From: Methanobacteriota archaeon
GTDB taxonomy: Archaea; Thermoplasmatota; E2; DHVEG-1
Reading direction: 5' to 3'
NCBI GenBank assembly: GCA_043806635.1
Contig: JAZDGT010000033.1
Location: forward strand, 24,336 to 88,335
Length of the DNA stretch: 64,000 nucleotides
The position numbers and the translations under genes are program-made. The notes under the pieces were generated by a model that saw only the letters and a program-made list of their open reading frames with translations, did no database searches and was not told the DNA's origin. This document shows, piece by piece, positions 1-10,469 of this stretch (positions are counted from its first letter, which is position 1; every line of letters starts with the position of its first letter).

Positions 1-97
1 TACATAGGTTCATACCAATCTTCAGATACTCTATTCAGGTAGCATCGTATAATATTCTTTTCTTTATTATACGGAATAAAAAATCGGGTGTGGAGAG

Positions 98-1114
98 ATG
101 GTAACAAAAAGTATCGCATGTCCACGATGTAAGAATAGGACAACAGTTGAGGGGAACACTGGGGAAAAAATCGAGGTTGTGTGTTCGAGTTGTCAGACGA
201 AAGGCTTTTTTATTTTCCCTGGTGTAAAACCAGTATCTACCATAGTGCGTGGTTCGTCTGTTATTGACGTGGAGAATCTCACGTTTACCTATCCGAAGAC
301 TAAGAAGAAAGCCGTGGATAGTGTCACTTTTCAGGTGAAGGAGGGTGAGATTTTTGGTTTTCTTGGCCCGAATGGTGCGGGGAAGAGTACAACGCAGAAG
401 GTCATTATGGGGTTACTGAAAGGGTTTGACGGTTCTGTGAGTATCTTGGGGAAAAACTTGAGGGAATGGCGAACCGATCTGTATGAGCGGATTGGTGTTT
501 GTTTTGAGAGTCCGAATCATTATCAGAAGTTGACTGCGTTGGAGAACTTGGAGTTGTTTTCTTCTTTTTATCGTGGGAAAACCATAGATCCGATGACGTT
601 GTTGAAGATGGTGGATCTTGAGCGGGATGCGGATCAGCGGGTTGGTTCGTTTTCTAAGGGTATGAAGACGAAATTGAATTTTGTGCGTTCGTTGTTGAAT
701 AATCCGCAGGTGTTGTTTCTTGATGAGCCGACGACTGGTCTTGATCCGGTGAGTGCTCGGCAGGTGAAGAATATTATTTTAGAGAAGCGGCGGGAAGGGA
801 AATCTATTTTTCTGACGACGCATAATATGACGGATGCGGATGAGTTATGTGATCGTGTAGGTTTTATCGTGGATGGGAAGGTGAACCTGATTGAGAACCC
901 GAAGGAGTTGAAGATTCGTCATGGGAAGAAACAGGTTCGTGTTGAGTATGTGAACGAGGAAGTGTTGGTGAGTGAAGAGTTTAGTATGGCTGGGTTGGGT
1001 GATAACGCAGCGTTCTTAGATGTGTTACGGGGTGGGCAGGTTCAGACGATTCATACGGAGGAGGCGACGCTTGAGGATGTTTTTATTATTGCGACGGGAC
1101 GGAAGTTGAAATGA
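98..1114 (+). CDS. ABC transporter ATP-binding subunit (ABC-2 export type) with N-terminal Zn ribbon
   Basis: Walker A GPNGAGKST, signature FSKGM, Walker B LFLDEPT, H-loop LTTH; N-terminal CPRC..CSSC. Confidence 0.92.
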   Translation: MVTKSIACPRCKNRTTVEGNTGEKIEVVCSSCQTKGFFIFPGVKPVSTIVRGSSVIDVENLTFTYPKTKKKAVDSVTFQVKEGEIFGFLGPNGAGKSTTQKVIMGLLKGFDGSVSILGKNLREWRTDLYERIGVCFESPNHYQKLTALENLELFSSFYRGKTIDPMTLLKMVDLERDADQRVGSFSKGMKTKLNFVRSLLNNPQVLFLDEPTTGLDPVSARQVKNIILEKRREGKSIFLTTHNMTDADELCDRVGFIVDGKVNLIENPKELKIRHGKKQVRVEYVNEEVLVSEEFSMAGLGDNAAFLDVLRGGQVQTIHTEEATLEDVFIIATGRKLK

Positions 1115-1812
1115 GTCAGTTACTAAGCATGGTGAAATGGGAGTTCATCCTTGAGTCTCGGTATAAGATCATTCATCTGTCTTTGCTGAGTATTATTCTT
1201 TATTATCTTTCTCTTCTTGCGATGCCAGCGATGAATACGGATTATTTTCTGACGGTGTTCTTGTTTTTTGATCCGGTGTTGATTGGTATTATGTTTCTTG
1301 GGGCGTTGGTGTTGTTTGAAAAAAATGAGAACACGCTGCAGGCGTTGAATGTGACTCCTATGGAGACGCGGAATTATTTTCTTTCTAAGATTATCGCATT
1401 AACAACGTTGTCTATTGTGAGTGCGTTACTGTTTTTGTTTCTTGTGTATGGTTTTGATTTTCATTATGGGTATTTGCTGAGTGGTATTATTCTGACGTCG
1501 GTGTTTCTTATCCTCTTAGGGTTTCTGTTGGTTTCCCGGTGTCATAGTATTAATGAGTATTTGTTGATGATGATGTTCTCCTTTGTGATCCTGTTTCTTC
1601 CCCCGATGTTGCATGTCTCCGGGTTGTATAAAAATGATTTGTTTTATTTGTGGCCGTCACAGGCTTCGTTTATTCTTTTTAAAGGCGTGTTTACTCCGGT
1701 TGATGTGAGTGAAGCCGTGTATGCTGTCCTGTATCTTATTCTGTGGATAGTGGTCTGTTACTATCTTTCAAAAAAGGCGTACTATACCCATATTATCATG
1801 GAGGGGGGATAA
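1111..1812 (+). CDS. ABC-2 type permease (fluoroquinolone-export permease-like)
   Basis: About 6 hydrophobic segments, EKNENTLQALNVTP motif, ATGA overlap with ATPase. Confidence 0.85.
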   Translation: MSQLLSMVKWEFILESRYKIIHLSLLSIILYYLSLLAMPAMNTDYFLTVFLFFDPVLIGIMFLGALVLFEKNENTLQALNVTPMETRNYFLSKIIALTTLSIVSALLFLFLVYGFDFHYGYLLSGIILTSVFLILLGFLLVSRCHSINEYLLMMMFSFVILFLPPMLHVSGLYKNDLFYLWPSQASFILFKGVFTPVDVSEAVYAVLYLILWIVVCYYLSKKAYYTHIIMEGG

Positions 1813-1816
1813 ATCG

Positions 1817-2527
1817 ATGGTGTATGCCATAAAGCTTATGGTGAATGACATCCGGAATATTCTCCGTGATCGGTTTCTTCTCTATGCGGCTGTTGCTGCG
1901 CCGATCATGTTTGTTGTTCTGAGTAGGGCAGTCATCCCGTATATCTCTGAGAACTTCTATTATCTTGAGCCGTACTATCCCCTCTTGTTTATGCTTATGG
2001 TGATCATGATGCCTCTGATGTTTGGGTTCATCACTGCGTTTCTTATCATGGATGAGCGTGATGAGCACCTGCTGACGGTGTTGCGTGTGATGCCTATTTC
2101 TCGGAACGGCTACCTCATGTATCGGATGATTCTCATGATTGTGCTCGCATTCGTTTTTATCATCGTGTTTCCCGTACTTACTGGTCTTATCGAGGTTGAT
2201 TTTTGGTTGTATCTGCCTATCGCGGTTCTCTTTGCGTTGTTCACACCGGTGATGGCGTTGATCGTGAACATTCTTGCGAGTAATAAGGTTCAAGCGTTCG
2301 CCGTGTTTAAGACACTCGGCGGTGTTTTTTTCCTTCCTCTGTTTGCGTTCTTTACAACAAACAACATTAGATACGCTTTTGGTGTCATCCCGAATTTTTG
2401 GTCGTTCATGGCACTTGATCAAGTACTGACTGAGGGTACACAGGATTATGTGTCTCTCTTCATAGGGTTCGTCTTCCACTTCGCGTTACTCGCGGTCTTG
2501 TTCCATATCTTCAATAAAAAATTTTAG
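1817..2527 (+). CDS. Second ABC-2 type permease
   Basis: Multi-TM, DERDEHLLTVLRVMP motif, same operon. Confidence 0.85.
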   Translation: MVYAIKLMVNDIRNILRDRFLLYAAVAAPIMFVVLSRAVIPYISENFYYLEPYYPLLFMLMVIMMPLMFGFITAFLIMDERDEHLLTVLRVMPISRNGYLMYRMILMIVLAFVFIIVFPVLTGLIEVDFWLYLPIAVLFALFTPVMALIVNILASNKVQAFAVFKTLGGVFFLPLFAFFTTNNIRYAFGVIPNFWSFMALDQVLTEGTQDYVSLFIGFVFHFALLAVLFHIFNKKF

Positions 2528-2604
2528 TGGAAGATTCGGTGTTTCCCGAACGTTTTCCCGGCTTTTATATACTTTCAAGGAAATAGTATTTTTTGTGATT
2601 ACCT

Positions 2605-3837
2605 ATGAAAAAAAGAATATCACTCATATCTATAGGCATAATACTCCTCATGTGCAGCGTCTCATTTGGAGCAGTAGGTGATGATGACCAAACCATACAA
2701 CCAAAGATAGATCTCGTGTTCGTCATAGACACCACAGGGTCTATGAGTGATGAGATCAGAGAAGTCAAAATGCATATCAAGAATGTGATAGACACGGTTC
2801 TCTCAGGCACCCCAAAACCAGATGTGATGATAGGATTTGTGATCTACCGCGATTATCCTGATGAAGAAAGAGAATACATCTACAAGATCTATTCACTGAC
2901 CAACGATATCGACGCAGTCCTTACCTATCTCGAAGAAATCGAGGCGTCTGGTGGTGGTGACAACGAAGAAACCGTCACCATCGGCTTAGATGTCGCCATA
3001 AACGAGATGAACTGGCGAGTCACCACGGTTAATAATACTGATGGGGAAATCATAGGCTATGATGCAAATCAGAACCCCATCTATGCATCCTCGGGTGCCA
3101 TCTCACGGATGATGTTCTTAATCGGGGATGCTCCACCACGAACCAGAGAATATGTCAGTATTAATCAAAGTAGCCGCCGTCTCCCCTCGTACAAAGAAAA
3201 CATCGAAGATGCTAAAACCAAAGGTATCACGATTTACACGGTGAGCGGCTCAGGTATGGACGATAGCGGTATCGCAATTTGGAAAGAAATCGCTTCCGAG
3301 ACCGGAGGGAAATACGAACTACTCACGTACGAACGACAAAATATACAAACCTATGTCACAGAAGAAAAACTTGATGATCACTGGGTGGAAGACGCGAAAG
3401 GCATGAGCGATTACGATCCCTCTGACGGCTCAATTCTAACCAACTCCTTAGGTGATTTCATGCGGTCCGCAGTAATATCAGAAGCGCAATCACTCGGGGT
3501 TCACTACAGAAATGAGACAACCTCGGAGCAGGCTCTCGTGTATTTCACCGATGTTGGATATCTTCTCGATACTGACAACAACACCCTCTTTGATCTATTT
3601 CATAGCAACGCGACAGGAATAAATACAACAGTAGCCGTTGATACAGACCAGTATTTCATTGACCTTGATAATGACGGATCCTGGGAATATATGTACACTA
3701 CTGCTGAAGGTTTTGTGCACTATCAAGAACCAGCGTCAACGTTTCCGCTCTCAACAGTCGCACTCATCGTAGTCATCGGTGCTATCGTCGCAACCATGGT
3801 TCTGCTCATAAAAATGAGATTCAGCCAGAAAAAATAA
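2605..3837 (+). CDS. Secreted/membrane-anchored vWA-domain protein
   Basis: Signal peptide, MIDAS-like DLVFVIDTTGSM, GGGD..E and IGDAPP motifs, C-terminal TM plus basic tail. Confidence 0.85.
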   Translation: MKKRISLISIGIILLMCSVSFGAVGDDDQTIQPKIDLVFVIDTTGSMSDEIREVKMHIKNVIDTVLSGTPKPDVMIGFVIYRDYPDEEREYIYKIYSLTNDIDAVLTYLEEIEASGGGDNEETVTIGLDVAINEMNWRVTTVNNTDGEIIGYDANQNPIYASSGAISRMMFLIGDAPPRTREYVSINQSSRRLPSYKENIEDAKTKGITIYTVSGSGMDDSGIAIWKEIASETGGKYELLTYERQNIQTYVTEEKLDDHWVEDAKGMSDYDPSDGSILTNSLGDFMRSAVISEAQSLGVHYRNETTSEQALVYFTDVGYLLDTDNNTLFDLFHSNATGINTTVAVDTDQYFIDLDNDGSWEYMYTTAEGFVHYQEPASTFPLSTVALIVVIGAIVATMVLLIKMRFSQKK

Positions 3838-3914
3838 GAACACTCTTTTTTTCTTTTTTTTTAGTTTTGAGCGTTTTATCTCAACTATCATCTAGATGTG
3901 TTCAGGTACTACCA

Positions 3915-4163
3915 TTACGTTTTAACCTGGTTTTTTTTACGTTTTTTCCAGAAGGTGAAATAGAGATGAAGCGTCAGAAGAATAATGAGGGGGATGAGAA
4001 GATTTGAATGAATCTGGTATGAGGTGAGTTTTGATAGTCCCCCAAATGAGAGTGCTTCGATGACTTGATAGTTCGTAATACCCAGTCCTGTGATAATAAG
4101 GATGATGATGACGATGGTTAGGAGGAGATGCGTCCCTGTTTTGATAACTTGTAGTAGATTCAT
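3915..4163 (-). CDS. Small membrane protein, possible heme-binding partner of the molybdoenzyme
   Basis: Two TM helices with His residues (THLL, QIHS, TLHL); directly downstream of the oxidoreductase. Confidence 0.55.
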   Translation of the reverse strand: MNLLQVIKTGTHLLLTIVIIILIITGLGITNYQVIEALSFGGLSKLTSYQIHSNLLIPLIILLTLHLYFTFWKKRKKNQVKT

Positions 4164-4179
4164 GTTGGTTCCCTTCTTT

Positions 4180-4833
4180 TTAGAAAAAACTTTCGTTGGT
4201 GTTCGCGGTGTTGGAGTATCCTCTGCTCTCCCAGTATCCCTCGTAGTACATGTTATCTGATAGTTCGATTTCGGTCACCCATTTAATCCATTTATATCCC
4301 CATTTGCTCTCGGCAACGAGCTGGAATGGGAATCCTCGTTCTACTGGGAGTGTGACGTTATTCATTTTGTATGCAAGCAGAATGTTGTTTTCTGTGGTAT
4401 AGTTGAGTGGGAACGACGTGGTGTATCCATCGTAGGCTTTGAAGATGATGATGGTTGTAGATGGGTCCGGGTTTGCTGCAGCGATTAGGTCCTCGACAAG
4501 TATTCCTTCCCGGAGGATGGTGACGCTCCATCCTTCGACGCAGTCTAAGGTCACGACTTTTGTGTAATGCTGTTGCTGTGCGAGTATTTCGTCGTAGGTA
4601 TATGTTTTTGGTGTTTCAACAAGTCCTGTGATGTTTAGTCGATATGTTGTTTTGTCGATGTGTTGTGGTCCTTTGATTGAGTTCTCTCGGAAATCATTGA
4701 CTGAGGAGAGTTTTTCTCCTTGGTATTCTCGTATTTCTACGCCATCAAGTTGGATGTTCTGTTGAAGGCAGCCGGTGAGGATGGTGAGGAGGATAAGCTG
4801 TAGGAGTACGAGAATGGGTCCTATTTTTTTCAT
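4180..4833 (-). CDS. Molybdopterin-dependent oxidoreductase (sulfite oxidase/MsrP-like), lipoprotein
   Basis: TLDCVEGWS, GFPFQLV, GYKWIKWV, GYWE.RGY motifs; lipobox LTGC. Confidence 0.85.
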   Translation of the reverse strand: MKKIGPILVLLQLILLTILTGCLQQNIQLDGVEIREYQGEKLSSVNDFRENSIKGPQHIDKTTYRLNITGLVETPKTYTYDEILAQQQHYTKVVTLDCVEGWSVTILREGILVEDLIAAANPDPSTTIIIFKAYDGYTTSFPLNYTTENNILLAYKMNNVTLPVERGFPFQLVAESKWGYKWIKWVTEIELSDNMYYEGYWESRGYSNTANTNESFF

Positions 4834-5086
4834 ATGTTTTTTTCTCCTTATAAAAACATTATTAAGTGCTGTTAATTTAGATTTTTCTTTACGTATCTAT
4901 ATGTTGTACTCCTTATTATACTTTCAGGCTATGAATACTATTTTTTTCCTTTGTTTATTATTAATTTATATCGAGTGAATCTTCTGTTTTATTCCCTGAC
5001 ATCGTTTATTATTAAAGATTTTTTGTTTCTTATTTTTGGTTAGAATCGAAAGTATAATAAACTAGAATTAACAGTATTTAATTGAG

Positions 5087-5177
5087 GGCGTAAAATAAGA
5101 AAACAGGGCAATATTTTTCCCATCCTTTCCTCCTCTCCTCATTCCATCCAATGGAAACCCGCTTCTTATTTTACGTC
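5087..5177 (+). repeat. Inverted repeat / candidate hairpin sRNA
   Basis: cgtaaaataagaa (5089-5101) is the exact reverse complement of 5163-5175; pyrimidine-rich interior; TATA-like tataataaa at about 5053. Confidence 0.5.
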
Positions 5178-5256
5178 ACCCGCTTTTCTTCAAAAAAATA
5201 CTCTGTACATAATCAAAGTAGAAGATTTTTTATAACACACACTGCTTGATGAACCC

Positions 5257-6288
5257 ATGATGCAGAACACGCAATTCGGAAGCGATAACCACTCAGGAGT
5301 CCACCCTGATATTTTAAAAGCCATCAATGAGGCAAACACAGGATACACAATAGCATACGGTTTAGATCCGTGGACACAACAAGGTATCCAAAAGTTAAAA
5401 GAATTTTTTGGAAAGGATTGCGACGCGTATTTCCTGTATAATGGGACTGCAGCTAATATCCTCGGGTTAAAGAGTGTCACTGATTCGTTTCACTCCATCT
5501 TCTGCGCAGAAACCGCTCATCTCAACGTCCATGAATGTTGCGGGCCAGAGAATTTTATTGGGTGCAAACTTGTTACTATACCAACTAAGGATGGGAAACT
5601 CACCGTTGATCTACTTCAACCATATGTCGTCGGAGTTGGGGATCCTCATATGGCACAACCAAAAATCGTTTCTATTACGCAGGCGACGGAACGAGGAACT
5701 GTGTATACGCCTCAGGAAATAAAAAAATTGTCTCAGTTTGTACATCAACATCATATGTTGTTACACATGGATGGAGCACGGTTGTGCAACGCAGCAGCGT
5801 CTTTGAAGATCGGATTAAATGATATGTGCGGCAAGTGTGGTGTTGATGTGCTCTCGTTTGGGGGAACAAAAAATGGGATCATGTTTGGTGAAGCTGTTGT
5901 GTTTTTTGATAAAAAGTTATCAAAGAATTTTGAGTTTATCAGGAAACAAGGGATGCAGCTAGCAAGTAAGATGAGGTATATTTCTGCGCAGTATATCGCG
6001 TTCCTCTCGAATGAGTTGTGGTTACGAAACGCGCAACATGCGAACGAGATGGCGCAGTTGCTTGCCAGATCGCTTAAGGATATGCCTGGGGTTAAAATTA
6101 CACAAAAAATACAGGCGAATATGGTATTTGCCATCATTCCGAAGCAGTGTATTCCTCTGTTACAGAAGGATTATTATTTTCATCGATTCAATGAGCATAC
6201 GTCTGAGGTGAGATTGATGTGTTCGTTTACTACTCAGCGGGATGATGTTCTTCGTTTTGTGCAGACGATTCGTACATCTCTCCGTTGA
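5257..6288 (+). CDS. Low-specificity L-threonine aldolase (PLP)
   Basis: F.SDN, GTAAN, HMDGARL.NA, DVLSFGGTKNG motifs. Confidence 0.9.
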   Translation: MMQNTQFGSDNHSGVHPDILKAINEANTGYTIAYGLDPWTQQGIQKLKEFFGKDCDAYFLYNGTAANILGLKSVTDSFHSIFCAETAHLNVHECCGPENFIGCKLVTIPTKDGKLTVDLLQPYVVGVGDPHMAQPKIVSITQATERGTVYTPQEIKKLSQFVHQHHMLLHMDGARLCNAAASLKIGLNDMCGKCGVDVLSFGGTKNGIMFGEAVVFFDKKLSKNFEFIRKQGMQLASKMRYISAQYIAFLSNELWLRNAQHANEMAQLLARSLKDMPGVKITQKIQANMVFAIIPKQCIPLLQKDYYFHRFNEHTSEVRLMCSFTTQRDDVLRFVQTIRTSLR

Positions 6289-6481
6289 GGTATATCAGAA
6301 ACACTGACTTTTATTTCTTTGTCTCAGTATTTATTTTATACAAAATATTTAAATAGTATGGCGTCTACTATATTTTATTAGAACACACATATTAATGCGT
6401 GTGTATATCGGGTTGGGAGACTTGATCGCGATACATATAAATCTTCAGGTTTCTTAATCAAGAAAAATACGTGGAGATGAT

Positions 6482-7711
6482 GTGATACCTATGAATAAAA
6501 AACACGGTTTGAGTTTAATGATTATTTCCCTGTTTATGATAGCGACTCTGATACCTCTAGGGTTAAGTCAAGCAGATCCTCATCCTTCTGTGACACAGAT
6601 CGATCGTCTCTCCACTATTTTATGGAGAGATAACGCATCGATAAACAGTATTGCTGTTGGTGATTTCGATAATTCTCATCCTGGTAGTGAACTCGTCTGT
6701 GGCGGTGAATCCGGGCGAGTCACAATGGTGAAAGGCAGAGGGAATAATTGGACCGCGACAACACTCATGGAAACCGCTGGCGTCGTCCAATTTTTAGATG
6801 TCGGAGATATCGACCCAAATCATCCAGGGAATGAAGTTGTTGTTGCGACCCTAGATGATCATTTACCCCTAGCCGGCGATAGCCCGGACCCGCCAGAGTA
6901 CTGGGGCATCCGCATACTTGAAGGTTATGGTAACGAGTGGACTAGCACGCTCGTGTATAAAACAGAGAACCCCTATGGTAAAATCTGGGGGATGCGAGTT
7001 GGTGATTTCAACACATCTAATCCTGGGGAGGAAATCATCGCGTGCTGGGAGTTCTGGATGGATATCGCCAACGTATATGTCTATTCATATAACGGTGATA
7101 CCTGGACTGATACCTTGATCTATAGTGGTAATATGGTGATTATGGACGCTGACGTCGGCAACTGTAACGCATCTCACCCAGGTGACGAGATCATCATGCT
7201 AGATGAAGACGGCGATTATATCCAGCTGATACAGAATGATACCATCTGGGAGCCAACCCTGATTTGGGAGGCACCCGAGGACTATGCTGGACGCGAAGTC
7301 GAGATAGGAGACGTCGATCGATATCACCCCGGAGACGAAGTTGTTATCAGAACACGTTTCGTCCCAGGAATACTCCTCCTCGAAGAACAAAACAGTCTGT
7401 GGACATCACGATGGCTGTTAAACAGCTCAATACTCTTCACTGACATGACCATTAGTGATAGTAACCGATTCCATCCCGGAAAAGAAATCGCAGTGGTCAG
7501 CGATCGAAACGTTACACTAATCTGGGGGGAAGGACCACAATGGTATCATCGTCTACTCTGGAGAGATACATTACCGTTGAACTGCGTTGCCGGCGGCGAT
7601 TTTGATTCCTCCATTACAGGGGAGGAACTCGCAGTCTCTGGAGAATCACGTAATATCAGCAGAATCATTCGCTTGTTTCCCGCGTTTGTTACCGTCATCG
7701 ATACCGTATAA
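6482..7711 (+). CDS. Secreted FG-GAP-like beta-propeller protein
   Basis: Signal peptide and seven GDxDxxHPGxE-like repeats. Confidence 0.75.
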   Translation: MIPMNKKHGLSLMIISLFMIATLIPLGLSQADPHPSVTQIDRLSTILWRDNASINSIAVGDFDNSHPGSELVCGGESGRVTMVKGRGNNWTATTLMETAGVVQFLDVGDIDPNHPGNEVVVATLDDHLPLAGDSPDPPEYWGIRILEGYGNEWTSTLVYKTENPYGKIWGMRVGDFNTSNPGEEIIACWEFWMDIANVYVYSYNGDTWTDTLIYSGNMVIMDADVGNCNASHPGDEIIMLDEDGDYIQLIQNDTIWEPTLIWEAPEDYAGREVEIGDVDRYHPGDEVVIRTRFVPGILLLEEQNSLWTSRWLLNSSILFTDMTISDSNRFHPGKEIAVVSDRNVTLIWGEGPQWYHRLLWRDTLPLNCVAGGDFDSSITGEELAVSGESRNISRIIRLFPAFVTVIDTV

Positions 7712-7753
7712 AAAAATCTTTGACTACTCAATGAGACGATCACGGCACTGCTG

Positions 7754-8248
7754 TTATTCAGTCTCATGTGCTTTCTTTTTTGCTCTCCGCTCCATCTCTG
7801 CGACATCATTCCCAGAAAGTACATCCTTATTCACCAGTTTCATCATCAACAGCTCATTGTGCTCCATAAGAAAAACAATATTTTTCATAAGTTGATCCAT
7901 GGTCGCTAATTGTGTAGTTAATGTCGTCTCTTGTTTCTGAATCATCTGGGCGGTCTCTTGAATCGTATTCGCTTTACTCGAAACAAGATCCTTCAAAGTC
8001 TCTGAGAGTTGTCGAGAAACCTGCTCAATATGCGTCTTTATGATTTTCTCGTTTTCATCCCGGATGCCTTTTATCGTCTGCGTTTTGAAATCTTGGATAT
8101 CCTGAAGTTTTTTGATGACCTCCTTGTACTCGCCGACTTTTTCCTGTAATAACTGTAATTTTGAATCTTCGAACGATAGTCGTTGTTCAATCTGGGTGCA
8201 TTTATCATTTAACTCAGAGATCTTCAGTTGTAGATATCCTTCTTTCAT
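7754..8248 (-). CDS. Hypothetical coiled-coil protein
   Basis: 164-aa ORF rich in Q/E/K/L heptads. Confidence 0.6.
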   Translation of the reverse strand: MKEGYLQLKISELNDKCTQIEQRLSFEDSKLQLLQEKVGEYKEVIKKLQDIQDFKTQTIKGIRDENEKIIKTHIEQVSRQLSETLKDLVSSKANTIQETAQMIQKQETTLTTQLATMDQLMKNIVFLMEHNELLMMKLVNKDVLSGNDVAEMERRAKKKAHETE

Positions 8249-8366
8249 AGAGAATCATCTTCCCTTTAATTTCTGAGGGGGATATAACGGTGTAGTATGA
8301 TAAATTTCTTTTTCCCTTCTCAGGTTACATAGGGTTTTTTAGTGTTTCCCTTTTTTTTAAAATAAG

Positions 8367-8437
8367 CAGCCCCGGGCGGATTTGAACCGCCGACGTTGGC
8401 TCCAAAGGCCAAAATGTTGCCACTACACCACGGGGCT
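8367..8437 (-). tRNA. tRNA-Gln(TTG), discriminator G73
   Basis: Reverse complement folds: AGCCCCG TG GTGT..ACAT T TTGGC CTTTGGA GCCAA CGTC GGCGG TTCAAAT CCGCC CGGGGCT G. Confidence 0.95.
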
Positions 8438-8535
8438 ACATGCGCATACCGGGAATCTCTGAATTTATTTAAGAGTATGCTTTTTCTTTTCTCCTTATTC
8501 AGCAGGGTATCATATGAACAAATTTTTTCAGGAAA

Positions 8536-10236
8536 TCATGTACTCTTTTTTTGTTGCTGTTGTTGTATTTTCGCCCAGGTATCCCGCAGTTCAACGGTTC
8601 TGTTCAGAATCATCTTCTTATCGGTGGTGTGTGGGTCGACACAGAAATACCCGAGGCGTTCAAACTGGAATCGATCAAAATGTTTTAGCGTACGAACCAC
8701 CGGTTCTACCTTGCAGGACTGAATGATTGTAAGAGAATGCGGGTTGAGGAACTCTTTAAAATCCTTGTCTTTCTGTCCCGCGGGATCCTGAACCGTAAAG
8801 AGTCTATCGTAGAGGCGCACCTCAGCATACTGTGCATGCGGAGCGGATACCCAATGTATCGTTGATTTCACCTTCCGTCCATCTGGTGCGTATCCGCCTT
8901 TTGTTGCTGGGTCATAGGTGCATCGTAGTTCAACGATCTCCCCGTTTTTCTTGATAACGTCGTTGCATCGGATAAAATAGGCGTACCTGAGCCGGACCTC
9001 ACGACCCGGGGCAAGACGATAAAACTTGTTCGGCGGGTTCTCCATGAAATCATCCTGCTCAATATACAAAATTTTAGAAAACGGGACTTTACGTGATCCC
9101 ATCGTTGGATCCTCAGGGTTATTCACTGCTTCTATCTCCTCTGTTTGGTCTTCTGGGTAGTTCTTTACTACTATCTTTAGTGGATGGAGTACACCCATGT
9201 ACCGTGGGGATGTTTTATTCAGATCCTCTCGTATGCAATATTCAAGGAAATCAAAATCCACTATACTGTTGATTTTTGCGACACCAATACGTTTACAGAA
9301 ACCCCTGATCGCGGATGGTGAATACCCGCGGCGGCGCATCCCACTAATCGTCGGCAGTCGAGGATCATCCCATCCGTTCACATGTTTCCCTTCTACTAGC
9401 TGCAACAGCATCCGTTTACTCATCACTGTAAACGTTAGATTCAGGCGGGCGAACTCGATCTGCTGCGGATGATACACCCCGAGTTCATCAAGGAACCAAT
9501 CATATAACGGTCGATGATTCTCAAACTCAAGCGTGCAAATCGAATGCGTAATCCCCTCAACTGAATCCTCAAGCCCATGCGCCCAGTCATACATAGGGTA
9601 GATGCACCAGGTGTCTCCTGTTCGGTGATGACTGGCGTGGAGACTTCGATACATGACGGGGTCTCGCATGTTCAGATTCGGATGTGCCATGTCGATTTTT
9701 GCTCGGAGTACTTTTTCTCCGTCAGCGTACTCGCCGTTTTTCATCCGCTGAAACAAATCCCGGTTTTCTTCAACGGGTCGATCGCGATAGGGGCTGTTTT
9801 TACCTGGTTTCGTTAACGTCCCTCGATTCGTAGTGATTTCTTCGGCGGTTTGATCATCCACGTAGGCTTTCCCTTTTTTCACGAGGTCAATCGCGTAATC
9901 GTACATTTGTTGGAAATAATCTGATGCGAAAAACAGTCGATCCTCCCAGTCGAACCCGAGCCATTTCACATTCTCGATAATTGATTTGACGTATTCCTGT
10001 TCCTCTTTCGCAGGGTTGGTATCATCGAATCGAAGGTTGCATAATCCCCTGTACTCCTCTGCGATACCGAAATTCAGACAAATCGATTTCGCATGACCAA
10101 TATGGAGATACCCGTTTGGCTCTGGAGGAAATCGCGTGTGAACCTGGCCTTTATATTTCTTTGTTTTCAGGTCTTCATCGATAATCTCTCGAATAAAATC
10201 TTTTGTGACACTCTCAGATGTTTCCATGTTTATCAA
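8536..10236 (-). CDS. glnS: Glutamine--tRNA ligase (bacterial-type GlnRS)
   Basis: [65 protein letters not shown], beta-barrel anticodon domain ([28 protein letters not shown]); start may be ATG 10227. Confidence 0.95.
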   Translation of the reverse strand: MINMETSESVTKDFIREIIDEDLKTKKYKGQVHTRFPPEPNGYLHIGHAKSICLNFGIAEEYRGLCNLRFDDTNPAKEEQEYVKSIIENVKWLGFDWEDRLFFASDYFQQMYDYAIDLVKKGKAYVDDQTAEEITTNRGTLTKPGKNSPYRDRPVEENRDLFQRMKNGEYADGEKVLRAKIDMAHPNLNMRDPVMYRSLHASHHRTGDTWCIYPMYDWAHGLEDSVEGITHSICTLEFENHRPLYDWFLDELGVYHPQQIEFARLNLTFTVMSKRMLLQLVEGKHVNGWDDPRLPTISGMRRRGYSPSAIRGFCKRIGVAKINSIVDFDFLEYCIREDLNKTSPRYMGVLHPLKIVVKNYPEDQTEEIEAVNNPEDPTMGSRKVPFSKILYIEQDDFMENPPNKFYRLAPGREVRLRYAYFIRCNDVIKKNGEIVELRCTYDPATKGGYAPDGRKVKSTIHWVSAPHAQYAEVRLYDRLFTVQDPAGQKDKDFKEFLNPHSLTIIQSCKVEPVVRTLKHFDRFQFERLGYFCVDPHTTDKKMILNRTVELRDTWAKIQQQQQKKST

Positions 10237-10282
10237 CTCTTCTTCCTCACCTTATTTGATTATTTCTAGGAGGATTTAGAGA

Positions 10283-10354
10283 CAGCCCCGACCAGATTCG
10301 AACTGGTGACTAGAGATCCAGAGTCTCTTATGTTAACCGCTACACTACGGGGCT
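10283..10354 (-). tRNA. tRNA-Gln(CTG), discriminator G73
   Basis: Reverse complement: AGCCCCG TA GTGT..ACAT A AGAGA CTCTGGA TCTCT AGTC ACCAG TTCGAAT CTGGT CGGGGCT G. Confidence 0.95.
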
Positions 10355-10397
10355 ATAATACGGGATGGTTGTTTTGCAAGGCAGAAGATAAATTCGC

Positions 10398-10410
10398 TAT
10401 ATATAACCTT
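10398..10410 (-). promoter_or_regulatory. TATA-box candidate for the tRNA-Gln(CTG)-glnS unit
   Basis: Minus strand aaggTTATATAtag about 45 nt upstream of the tRNA. Confidence 0.45.
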
Positions 10411-10469
10411 TAATATCGTATCAAACCGTGGCTCCTATTTTTTTCTCATCAGAGGCATCTATGGTTTTT

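Noticed and set aside
8367..10354. The two flanking tRNA-Gln genes as attL/attR of an integrated element
   Set aside because: Both are full length with different anticodons and different T and anticodon stems, so they are not a target-site duplication.
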